Shown here: positions 1 through 9,197 of the stretch, one piece after another
How positions within the stretch are numbered: position 1 is the first letter of the stretch
Layout of the letters: every line of letters starts with the position of its first letter
NCBI GenBank assembly: GCA_965267575.1
Contig: OZ254086.1
Location: 4,128,001-4,192,000 of the forward strand
Origin: Calditrichales bacterium
Lineage (GTDB): Bacteria > Calditrichota > Calditrichia > Calditrichales > J004
Length of the DNA: 64,000 nt
Reading direction: 5' to 3'
The notes under the pieces: generated by a model
The model's input: the letters and a program-made list of their open reading frames with translations, nothing else
What the model was told of the DNA's origin: nothing
Database searches by the model: none
Made by a program: the position numbers and the translations under genes

Positions 1-3000
1 GGTGAAGGCGTGGATGTGGTGCTCAATTCGCTCGCGGGTGAATTCATTCCGCGCAGCATAAGCCTGCTAAAGGCTTACGGACGCTTCCTGGAGATCGGCA
101 AGACCGACCTGTTCCAGAACAGCCAGCTGGACATGTTCCCCTTCCGCAAGAACCTTTCTTACCATGCCATAGACCTGGATATGGTTTCTCGTGATAAGCC
201 ATCGTTGATCAATGAACTGTTCAACGACATTATGGAAAACCTTTCCGCGGGCAAACTGCAGCCGCTGCCACTGACAGTATTTGACGCCCAAAATACGATC
301 GACGCTTTCCGCTATATGGCGCAGCGCCGCAACATCGGCAAGGTTGTTGTAAGCATGAAAAAGAGCGATCAGGCAGAAGGCATTGATGCTTCGGCGATTC
401 GCAACGATGCCACCTATCTGATTACCGGCGGCCTGGGTAACCTGGGTCTGGTACTGGCCGACTGGCTTTCACGCAAAGGCGCTGGAGCGATTGTATTGCT
501 TTCACGCCGTGAAATTGACGAGGCCACGAACAAGCAACTGGCCGCTATCCGCGAGCGAGGCACACAGGTGCACATTGCCAGCGGTGATGTAAGTGACATA
601 AAGCAGCTCAAAGCCGTATTCAAAGACATTGAAGAAAAGTTGCCACCATTGCGAGGCGTTATCCATTCGGCCGGTTTGCTGAGTGATGCCGGCATTAGCC
701 AGTTCAACAAAGATAGCTTTATGGCTCCTTTTGCCGCGAAGGTCAATGGCAGCTATAACCTGCACCTGTTTACGGAAAAAATAGATCTTGATTTCTTTAT
801 TCTTTTCTCTTCCGTGGCTGCGATAACAGGAAATCCGGGCCAGGCCAATTACGCCGCCGCCAACTTCTTTATGGATACTCTGGCTGAAATGCGCATGAAG
901 CAGAACTTGCCGGCCACGTCAATTAACTGGGGCTTCTGGGAAAACACTCAAATGGCCGAAGATAAATTCAGCTTTGTGCCGGGTGCCGGTAAAATAGCCC
1001 CGGACAAGGGTCTTGCCGTGTTGGAAAAGTCTATAACTGCCAGGATAAGCAGACTGATCGCTTCTCCGGTTAACTGGAGCAAGTTCCTGATGCCCTTCCC
1101 CGAAGATGCCATTCCGCCGATCTTTACGGCCTTTTCAGGGCTGCGTCAAAAAGCTTCGGCCAAGAAATCCGAAGATGCTATTACACAGGAAATGCTGCTT
1201 CCGCTGGCTGAAGAACAGCGCATGGAGATGATGACATCCTACCTGCGCGAGAAGATTGCCGCGGTTGTGGGCGTTGCAGCCACAAAGCTGGAAACCAATA
1301 AACCGCTCAACACAATGGGCCTGGATTCGCTGATGGCCATTGAGGTTAAAAACAGCGTTGAAACCAGCCTGGGCACGCATCTGCCCATAGCCACGCTGCT
1401 TAAGGGGCCTACCATCGAAGACCTTGCCAAAGATATGATCGGACAGGTTATCAGTGACGAGGGTGAAAAGGAGGAGCAGCCTGTCATCGAAACTTCGCCA
1501 AAAGACCTGAGCCACGGCCAGCAAGCAATGTGGTTCCAGCATCAGCTTAATCCTTCCAGTATATACAATCAGGTATATGCGGTAAGACTTAAGCAGCCTA
1601 TCGACAGCGAAGTGCTCGAGCAGTCACTGGAAAAAATGTCCCGGCGTCACGAGGCTTTACGCACCAACTTCTCAACGGAAAACGGAAAACCGGTCCAGAT
1701 CGTTCATGATGAGCCGCAGAAGATCCTCCACGAAATCGACGCGCGGCACATGAGTGAAGAAGATTTCCGCCACATCTTCAAGGCGGAGTCAAAACGGGCT
1801 TTCGATTTAGAGAAAGATCCGCTGACACATATTACGCTGTTCCATATGCCAGACGGCACACAGGTCTTTTTGTATGTTGCCCACCACATCATCTCCGACA
1901 TGTGGTCGCTGGCGATTTTTATGAAAGAGCTAAACGATATTTACAGCGCCGGCGGTGATCCGGAACTGCCGCCCATCCCCCATAAATACAGTGATTACGT
2001 GCGCGATATGAAACAAATGCTGGCCGGGAAAGAAGGCCGGGATCATTTGGACTTCTGGGAGGAAGAGCTGGAAGGTGAACTACCCGTGCTCAATCTGCCG
2101 ACCGATAAGCCACGACCGGCCGTACAGACCTATTCCGGCCTGACCGAGACGCTCCAAATCGATGCCGAGACCACAAAAAAACTGGGACATATTGCTGATA
2201 AAAACGGCACGACGCTGTATGCCCTGCTTCTGGCCATATTTAAAGTGCTGCTGTTCCGCTATACGGAACAAAAAGATATCATTATCGGAACGCCGACGAC
2301 CGGCCGTACCAATCCGGATTATGCACCGATTCTGGGCTATTTTGTCAATCCTGCGGCTGTGCGCAGCACGCTGAATCCGGAGATGACCTTTGACAGTTAC
2401 CTGGAAAAAATCAGGGACAAGGTGATCAACATTCTGGCGCACCAGGATTATCCTTTTAACCTGCTGGTGGAGAAGCTTCATCCGCGGCGGGACCCGAGCC
2501 GAACACCGGTTTTCCAGGTGATGTTTGTTTACCAGAAAGCTTATCTGCTGCACGATTCGGGTATGTCCGGTCTGGCGGTTGCAGAAGACGGCGGCCAGAT
2601 GAAGCTCGGAGATATTGACCTTGAATCCGTGTCGATTGAAGACCGCGTTGTGCCCTTTGACCTGACCATGCTCATGGCCGAGCTGGATGATGGTCTGGGT
2701 GCCTCGCTGCAATACAACACCGATCTGTTTACACAATCGACCGCGAAAAGCATTTTGGAGCATTACGCCATGCTGGCGCGGGCTATTGCCGATGATCCGC
2801 AAAAACCGGTTTACAGCTATCCGCTGCTGAAGGAAGAAGAATCGGCCAGGCTGCTTAAAGAATGGAATGATTCGCGGATCGAAAGCGATTTGTCTCAGCC
2901 CGTCCACCGTCTGTTTGAGCAGATTGCCAAAGAAATGCCGGATAAAGAGGCGCTGGTTTACAACGGACACAGCCTTAGCTACAAAGAGCTGAACGAAAAC

Positions 3001-4725
3001 GCCAACCGGCTTGCCCGCATTTTGCAGAGCCATTCCATCGGGCCGGACAATATTGTGGGCATCAGCCTGAAGCGTTCGCCGCAAATGATAACTGCTGTTT
3101 TGGCTGTGCTCAAATCCGGTGCGGCTTACCTGCCGCTGGATCCTGAGTATCCGTCCGAGCGCCTGCATTTCATGCTGCAGGATTCCGGCGCTTCGTTGTT
3201 GCTGACAAGCTCGGAACTGAAAAACCAGTTTCCCGATACAGGTTCTATGCCCGTGCTGAGCATGGACCGTATCGAAAGCATCATCGGGCAACAGGAAAAG
3301 GAGAATCTGCAAACGGCAGTACACGACGGCAACCTGGTTTATGTCATATATACATCGGGTTCGACGGGGCGTCCCAAAGGCGTAATGTTGTCGCACCGCG
3401 GTCTGAATAACCTTGTAAATGCCCAGGTCAAAGAGTTCCGCATAACTGAAGAGACGCGTCTGATGCAGTTTGCTTCGCTCAGTTTTGACGCGGCGGCATC
3501 GGAAATATTTACCACCTTGCTTAGCGGCGCCACGCTTGTTCTCGCGGATACGGAAACGCTTAAATCCGGACCGGACCTTGTTAAATTTATCAACGAAAAG
3601 CGCATCAGCACTGCTACAATTCCGCCTTCCGTGTTGCGCGTATTGTCGCCACAAGGGCTTGATACATTGCAGAACGTGATATCGGCAGGGGAAAGCCTGG
3701 CGGTTGATGTAGCGCAGAAATGGCTTGAGGGCGGACGCCATCTGATCAATGCCTACGGTCCGACCGAGGCGACCATTTGCGCCAGCTGTTACCAGGTTCA
3801 GCCCGATGCCGACCATAGCAGTACCATGCCCATAGGCGGCCCCATCGACAATGTGCGTCTCTATGTGCTGGACAGCCACATGAATCCGGTACCTGCGGGC
3901 ATTCCGGGTGAATTGTACATTGCCGGCGCGGGCCTGGCGCGTGGTTATCTGCAACGCCCGGCCATGACTGCGGAAAAATTCGTTCCCGATCCGTTCTCGG
4001 ATGAGGCAGGCGCGCGGCTCTACCGCAGCGGCGATCTTGTACGCTGGCTGCGCGACGGCAACCTGGAATTCATCGATCGTATCGATCAGCAGGTGAAAGT
4101 ACGCGGCTTCCGTATCGAGCTGGGCGAGATAGAGGCGGTGCTGAAAGAGATGGAGGGTGTGCGCGACTGTATCGTTGTGGCCCGCGGCCGCGGTGACAAG
4201 CGTCTTACGGCCTACATCATTTCGCAGGAAGGCACAGAGCTGAAACAGGATGACTTAAAATACGCGCTGCACCACAAACTTCCGGATTACATGGTACCGG
4301 CTGCTTTTATGCTGCTTGAAGAATTTCCGCTAACGCGCAACGGCAAGATTGATATGAACGCCCTGCCCGTTCCCGAGGCGGACAAAGCCAAATTCGTTCA
4401 GGCGCAAAACGACACCGAACGGAAACTGGCTGATATCTGGCAGGAGGTTTTGGGTCTTGAACAAGTGGGAATTTTTGATAACTTTTTTGACCTGGGTGGT
4501 CACTCGCTCAATATTGTTCAGGCCCAGGGAAAGATCAAAGAGACTTTTGACCGCGATGTAAACGTGGTGGACATGTTCCGCTATCCCACGATCAGCGCTT
4601 TTGCCAAATACCTGAGCAACGGCAGCGACGCCACCGAAAAAGTAAAGCAATCCGAAGACAGGGCCAGCAAGCAGCGTGAAGCCACGCGCATGGCCCAGAA
4701 AAGACTGCGCGACAGGAGACGCTAA
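1..4725 (+). CDS. Hybrid PKS-NRPS, 5'-truncated: (ER C-terminal part)-KR-ACP-C-A-PCP; A predicted Tyr/aromatic
   Basis: Frame is open from base 1 (GEGVDVVLNSLAGEF..., ER-like GRFLEIGK, then NIGKVVV). KR: ITGGLGNLG, GLLSD, NYAAAN. ACP: MGLDSLM. C: HHIISD. A: YTSGSTGRPKG, NAYGPTE. PCP: LGGHSL. Manually read code DASTIAAIC(K). Confidence 0.95.
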   Translation, partial: GEGVDVVLNSLAGEFIPRSISLLKAYGRFLEIGKTDLFQNSQLDMFPFRKNLSYHAIDLDMVSRDKPSLINELFNDIMENLSAGKLQPLPLTVFDAQNTIDAFRYMAQRRNIGKVVVSMKKSDQAEGIDASAIRNDATYLITGGLGNLGLVLADWLSRKGAGAIVLLSRREIDEATNKQLAAIRERGTQVHIASGDVSDIKQLKAVFKDIEEKLPPLRGVIHSAGLLSDAGISQFNKDSFMAPFAAKVNGSYNLHLFTEKIDLDFFILFSSVAAITGNPGQANYAAANFFMDTLAEMRMKQNLPATSINWGFWENTQMAEDKFSFVPGAGKIAPDKGLAVLEKSITARISRLIASPVNWSKFLMPFPEDAIPPIFTAFSGLRQKASAKKSEDAITQEMLLPLAEEQRMEMMTSYLREKIAAVVGVAATKLETNKPLNTMGLDSLMAIEVKNSVETSLGTHLPIATLLKGPTIEDLAKDMIGQVISDEGEKEEQPVIETSPKDLSHGQQAMWFQHQLNPSSIYNQVYAVRLKQPIDSEVLEQSLEKMSRRHEALRTNFSTENGKPVQIVHDEPQKILHEIDARHMSEEDFRHIFKAESKRAFDLEKDPLTHITLFHMPDGTQVFLYVAHHIISDMWSLAIFMKELNDIYSAGGDPELPPIPHKYSDYVRDMKQMLAGKEGRDHLDFWEEELEGELPVLNLPTDKPRPAVQTYSGLTETLQIDAETTKKLGHIADKNGTTLYALLLAIFKVLLFRYTEQKDIIIGTPTTGRTNPDYAPILGYFVNPAAVRSTLNPEMTFDSYLEKIRDKVINILAHQDYPFNLLVEKLHPRRDPSRTPVFQVMFVYQKAYLLHDSGMSGLAVAEDGGQMKLGDIDLESVSIEDRVVPFDLTMLMAELDDGLGASLQYNTDLFTQSTAKSILEHYAMLARAIADDPQKPVYSYPLLKEEESARLLKEWNDSRIESDLSQPVHRLFEQIAKEMPDKEALVYNGHSLSYKELNENANRLARILQSHSIGPDNIVGISLKRSPQMITAVLAVLKSGAAYLPLDPEYPSERLHFMLQDSGASLLLTSSELKNQFPDTGSMPVLSMDRIESIIGQQEKENLQTAVHDGNLVYVIYTSGSTGRPKGVMLSHRGLNNLVNAQVKEFRITEETRLMQFASLSFDAAASEIFTTLLSGATLVLADTETLKSGPDLVKFINEKRISTATIPPSVLRVLSPQGLDTLQNVISAGESLAVDVAQKWLEGGRHLINAYGPTEATICASCYQVQPDADHSSTMPIGGPIDNVRLYVLDSHMNPVPAGIPGELYIAGAGLARGYLQRPAMTAEKFVPDPFSDEAGARLYRSGDLVRWLRDGNLEFIDRIDQQVKVRGFRIELGEIEAVLKEMEGVRDCIVVARGRGDKRLTAYIISQEGTELKQDDLKYALHHKLPDYMVPAAFMLLEEFPLTRNGKIDMNALPVPEADKAKFVQAQNDTERKLADIWQEVLGLEQVGIFDNFFDLGGHSLNIVQAQGKIKETFDRDVNVVDMFRYPTISAFAKYLSNGSDATEKVKQSEDRASKQREATRMAQKRLRDRRR

Positions 4726-4728
4726 GGC

Positions 4729-7700
4729 ATGGATCATCTGGATCACATAAACATGGAAATGGATATTGCCGTTATCGGCATGGCGGGGCGTTTTCCCGGG
4801 GCGGATGACCTCGACGCGTTCTGGCAGGTCCTGAAAGAGGGCAAAGAGTCGGTCACCCATTTTAGCAAAGAGCAGCTAAAAGAGGCCGGCGTGCCCGATG
4901 AACTGCTTAACGACCCTGCCTATGTCCGCACCCGCGGAACGATCAGTGATCCGGACGGCTTTGATGCTTTTTTGTTTGATTATTCACCCTCCGAAGCGGA
5001 GATCATCGATCCGCAGCAGCGCGTTTTTCTTGAGACTGTCTGGCAAGCCCTGGAGCACGGCGGTTACAATCCGTATAGTTATGGCGGGCTGATTGGTTTG
5101 TTTGCCGGTATGAGCATGAACACCTATCTCTATCGCTACCTGCTGCAAAAAGGCGGACAGATAGGCACGGCCGAGGGTTATCAACTGGCCATTGGCAACG
5201 ACAAGGATTTTTTGACCACCCGCGTTTCCTATAAGCTTAATCTGCGCGGCCCAAGCCTGGATTTGCAGACAGCCTGCTCCACGTCGCTGGTTGCCATCCA
5301 CGTGGCCTGCCAGAACCTGCTGAACTTCAGCTGCGATATGGCGCTGGCCGGCGGCGTTTCGGTTACCATGCCGCAGGAACAGGGCTATCTTTACCAGGAA
5401 GGCATGATCCTTTCTCCCGACGGACATTGCCGCGCGTTTGACGCCAAAGCCGGCGGCACGATCAGCGGCAACGGTGTAGGTGTTGTACTGCTTAAACGCA
5501 TGGAAGACGCCATCGCCGACGGCGATACAATCCACGCAGTTATTAAAGGCAGCGCCTACAACAACGATGGCTCCGAGCGTGTGGGCTATACGGCGCCCAG
5601 CGTGGATGGCCAGGCCGATGTGATCGCCACGGCGCAAGCCATATCCGAAGTAGAGCCGCAAAGTATCAGCTACATTGAAGCCCACGGTACCGGCACCGAG
5701 ATGGGAGATCCTATTGAGATTGCCGCGCTGACGCAGATATTCCGCGAGAAGACCGACAAAAAACAGTTCTGCGCCATTGGTTCAGTCAAAAGCAACATCG
5801 GGCATTTGGATGCCGCCGCCGGCGTTGCCGGATTTATAAAAACCGTCCTGGCGTTAAAATATGGACAAATCCCGCCCAGCGTCCATTTTGAAAAACCCAA
5901 CCCGCGGCTGGAGCTGGAAAATTCACCCTTTTTTGTAAACGATAAGTTGCGCGACTGGCACTGTGACGAAGCGCCGCGCCGGGCCGCGGTCAGTTCCTTC
6001 GGGATTGGCGGTACCAACGCACACGTGATTTTGCAGGAAGCGCCACCCGCAGGGCAAAAAGCAAAGTCATCCGGTCCGTATTTGCTGGCGCTTTCCGCCA
6101 AAACAGCCAGCGCACTGGACACAGCCACAAAAAGCCTGGGGCAGTTTCTCAGCCAAAATGATATCGACCTGGCTGATGCGGCATATACCCTGTCCACTGG
6201 CCGCAGGCATTTCAGTCAGCGCCGCATTGCCATCGTAAAAGACCGTGATGATGCAGCGGCAGTGCTGGGCAATATTGACCCTAAGCGTATACTGAACCGC
6301 GCGCACGGTAAAGATCCCGCGCCACCCGCAGTAGCCTTCATGTTTTCCGGGCAGGGCGCCCAGTATGTCAACATGGGCTATGGGATTTATCATTCCGAGC
6401 CGGTTTTCCGTAAGGCCGTGGATGAATGCTGTGAAAAGCTGCGTCCTTTCCTCGATCTTGATTTGAAAGAGCTGCTCTATCCCCTGCCGGGCCGTGGGGA
6501 GAAAGCAACAGAAAAACTGAACCAGACGCGCTACACGCAACCGGCGCTTTTCGTTGTGGAATATGCCATGGCGCGATTGCTTCAGGCCTACGGCATTGAG
6601 CCGGCGGCGATGGTGGGTCATTCCATCGGAGAATATGTGGCGGCGCATTTATCAGGTGTTTTATCCCTTGATGACGCGCTGAAGGTTGTGGCCGAGCGCG
6701 GACGGCTGATGCAGGAGATGCCCACCGGCAGCATGCTCAGCGTTGACATGGACCAGCAAAAAATAGCAGCCTATATCTCGGGCGATATCTCGCTGGCGGC
6801 GATCAACAGCCGCAACAGCAGCGTTGTGTCCGGCCCCGATGCGGCAATCGACGCTTTGCAAAAAAAGCTGGAAGAGCAGGAAATTGGCTGCCGCAAGCTG
6901 CACACGTCACATGCCTTTCACTCGGCGATGATGGAACCGGCGGCGCAGAAGTTTAAAGAATTTGTAAAAAGTCTAACGCTTAATACGCCGGAAAAGCCCT
7001 ATCTCTCCAACCTGACCGGAAACTGGATCAGCGCGGAAGAGGCTGTTTCCGCCGACTACTACGCGCAGCACTTGAGAAACGCGGTGCGCTTTAATGACAA
7101 CCTGTCGCATCTGCTGCAGGACGAAGGCACCGTGCTGCTGGAAGTCGGACCGGGCAAGACACTTTCTTCTCTGGCAAAACGCCACGCCGATGCCGGTCTG
7201 GGCCGGACGATCATCCCCACCCTGCGCCATCCGCAGGATGAAAGCGATGACCGCGGCTTCTGGCTGCAAAGTGTTGGTCTGTTGTGGCTGGCCGGCGCCG
7301 CGATCGACTTTAAACAGATGTATGAAAAACAGCAGCCGCGGCGTGTTCCCCTGCCCGGCTATCCTTTTGAACGGCAGCGCTTCTGGCTGCAGGGCGCGGA
7401 CAAATCCGCGGTAATGCCCGGCGTTTCAACGACCACAAGCAGCGACAGCCCCGGAGAATGGTTCTACCAGGAGCTGTGGAAACAACTTCCGCATGCCGCT
7501 TCGAAGGGCGATTCCAAAAAACTCACGGTGTTTGACCTCAGTGGAAAGTGCGCTGCGCTTTTCGATAAGGCTCACGACTACAATGACCTGAGTTCCCAAA
7601 AAGAAATAGACAAAAACTATTTCAAAGAAGCGTTGAGCACTGCCGGCGAAAAACAGCACTTTCTGTTTGTGGCGGATAACGCCCTTTCGCCTCGCAAAAA

Positions 7701-9186
7701 TTACAATGCCCTGCTGGCGTTATTGCAGAGCCTGGATTCGAAGCCTGCATCGCTGTCTCTGCTCACGCAGAATCTGTTCTTTGTTCTGGGAAATGAACAA
7801 GGTTCCACAGCCGCGGGAGCCCTGACCGGTTTGCTCAAAGTGGCACAGTTGGAGCTGAGCGAATTTGACTACCGGCATATCGACGTGGATGATTTCGGAA
7901 ATCCGCTGCTGCTGAAAGAACTGTTACGGGAAGGAAAAGAAAGCTCCGTGGCCCTGCGCGGCAAGAAGCGCTGGACCCCGGTTTTCGAGAAAACAGCGAC
8001 AAACGCTTTGGATAAAATTGAAGACCAGCCCGTGATCGTCATAAGCGGCGGCAGCGGAAATCTTGCCAGCCTGATGGTGGAAACGCTCTCTGAAAAAGGC
8101 CCGGCTAATTTTGTATTGGTTGCGCGCTCGCTTTTCCCGGCACAGGAAACATGGAAAGAGATCGATGACAGTGATCCGGGATTGAAGAGACGCATTCAGT
8201 GCTTTCAGCGGGCGATAGACAACGGCAGCAGTTTACGCTTTTTCGATGCCGATGTCGCCGATGAACCGGCGCTGCGCAGCGTGCTGGATACCGCGCGTGA
8301 TTCATTCGGCAAAATAGATTGGTTTATCCATGCCGCGGGTTCTGTGGGCAGCAGCGTTTTTCAACCGCTGTCGGATATCGGCCCGCAGGATGTTGACAGG
8401 CAGTTTCGCGCCAAGGTGGATGCGGTAGATCTGCTAAAAAAGATCACAACTGATTATGGTATCAAGCGCGTGATCCTGCAATCTTCGCTCTCCACCGTAC
8501 TGGGCGGACTTGGATTTGGACACTACGCCGCCGCCAACAGCTACCTGGACGCGGTCGTGCATCATCACGGTACAGATGCCATGTGGCAGGTGCTGGATTG
8601 GGACGGCTGGCATTTTGATGAAGGGGGCGCTGACCACAAATACGGCATCACTACGCAAAAGGGACGCGAAACAATTCTGCGGGCTTTCGGAGAAACTGAG
8701 AGCGCGCGCCTGGTCGTATCCACCGCGGATATTGAAACTCGTCGGCAGGAGGCCCTGCAGCAGCTTAGCGGACAAACCGGCACTTCGCAGCCCGACAATC
8801 TTTACCAGAGGCCAAATTTACCCACGCCCTACGCAGCACCGGAGACGGAATTGCAAAAAGAGGTCGCCGGCGTCTGGCAAAACCTGCTTGGCATCGGGCA
8901 AATCGGTATTTATGATGATTTCTTCGACCTGGGCGGGAACTCGCTGATGGGTACACAGCTTATTTCCAGGCTGCGCGATACCTTTAAAGTGGAGCTGCCA
9001 ATCCGGGCACTTTTTGAAGATCCCACCATTTCCGGCGTCTGCAAAGTTATTGAACAGGAAAAGGATAGCGGTTCCGGCGATGACGACATGAGCCGCATGC
9101 TTAAGGAGCTTGAGGAGATGGACAGCAGCGACGTGCAGGAAATGCTGGAAAAGAGAAGAAACAAAGGCGATCAGCCGGAGAAATAA
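4729..9186 (+). CDS. Type I PKS module KS-AT-KR-ACP (malonyl-type AT)
   Basis: KS: DIAVIGMAGRFPGA, TACSTS, HGTGT, NIGHL. AT: GQGAQ, GHSIG, HAFH. KR: GGSGNLA, HYAAAN. ACP: LGGNSL. No DH or ER seen. Confidence 0.96.
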   Translation: MDHLDHINMEMDIAVIGMAGRFPGADDLDAFWQVLKEGKESVTHFSKEQLKEAGVPDELLNDPAYVRTRGTISDPDGFDAFLFDYSPSEAEIIDPQQRVFLETVWQALEHGGYNPYSYGGLIGLFAGMSMNTYLYRYLLQKGGQIGTAEGYQLAIGNDKDFLTTRVSYKLNLRGPSLDLQTACSTSLVAIHVACQNLLNFSCDMALAGGVSVTMPQEQGYLYQEGMILSPDGHCRAFDAKAGGTISGNGVGVVLLKRMEDAIADGDTIHAVIKGSAYNNDGSERVGYTAPSVDGQADVIATAQAISEVEPQSISYIEAHGTGTEMGDPIEIAALTQIFREKTDKKQFCAIGSVKSNIGHLDAAAGVAGFIKTVLALKYGQIPPSVHFEKPNPRLELENSPFFVNDKLRDWHCDEAPRRAAVSSFGIGGTNAHVILQEAPPAGQKAKSSGPYLLALSAKTASALDTATKSLGQFLSQNDIDLADAAYTLSTGRRHFSQRRIAIVKDRDDAAAVLGNIDPKRILNRAHGKDPAPPAVAFMFSGQGAQYVNMGYGIYHSEPVFRKAVDECCEKLRPFLDLDLKELLYPLPGRGEKATEKLNQTRYTQPALFVVEYAMARLLQAYGIEPAAMVGHSIGEYVAAHLSGVLSLDDALKVVAERGRLMQEMPTGSMLSVDMDQQKIAAYISGDISLAAINSRNSSVVSGPDAAIDALQKKLEEQEIGCRKLHTSHAFHSAMMEPAAQKFKEFVKSLTLNTPEKPYLSNLTGNWISAEEAVSADYYAQHLRNAVRFNDNLSHLLQDEGTVLLEVGPGKTLSSLAKRHADAGLGRTIIPTLRHPQDESDDRGFWLQSVGLLWLAGAAIDFKQMYEKQQPRRVPLPGYPFERQRFWLQGADKSAVMPGVSTTTSSDSPGEWFYQELWKQLPHAASKGDSKKLTVFDLSGKCAALFDKAHDYNDLSSQKEIDKNYFKEALSTAGEKQHFLFVADNALSPRKNYNALLALLQSLDSKPASLSLLTQNLFFVLGNEQGSTAAGALTGLLKVAQLELSEFDYRHIDVDDFGNPLLLKELLREGKESSVALRGKKRWTPVFEKTATNALDKIEDQPVIVISGGSGNLASLMVETLSEKGPANFVLVARSLFPAQETWKEIDDSDPGLKRRIQCFQRAIDNGSSLRFFDADVADEPALRSVLDTARDSFGKIDWFIHAAGSVGSSVFQPLSDIGPQDVDRQFRAKVDAVDLLKKITTDYGIKRVILQSSLSTVLGGLGFGHYAAANSYLDAVVHHHGTDAMWQVLDWDGWHFDEGGADHKYGITTQKGRETILRAFGETESARLVVSTADIETRRQEALQQLSGQTGTSQPDNLYQRPNLPTPYAAPETELQKEVAGVWQNLLGIGQIGIYDDFFDLGGNSLMGTQLISRLRDTFKVELPIRALFEDPTISGVCKVIEQEKDSGSGDDDMSRMLKELEEMDSSDVQEMLEKRRNKGDQPEK

Positions 9187-9197
9187 CAAAGATTTAT

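Noticed and set aside
2080..3954. 624-aa minus-strand ORF, plus many other antisense or alternate-frame ORFs (e.g. 51576-52496, 54921-55868)
   Set aside because: They lie entirely within PKS/NRPS genes and show no recognisable motifs. They are shadow ORFs from codon bias.
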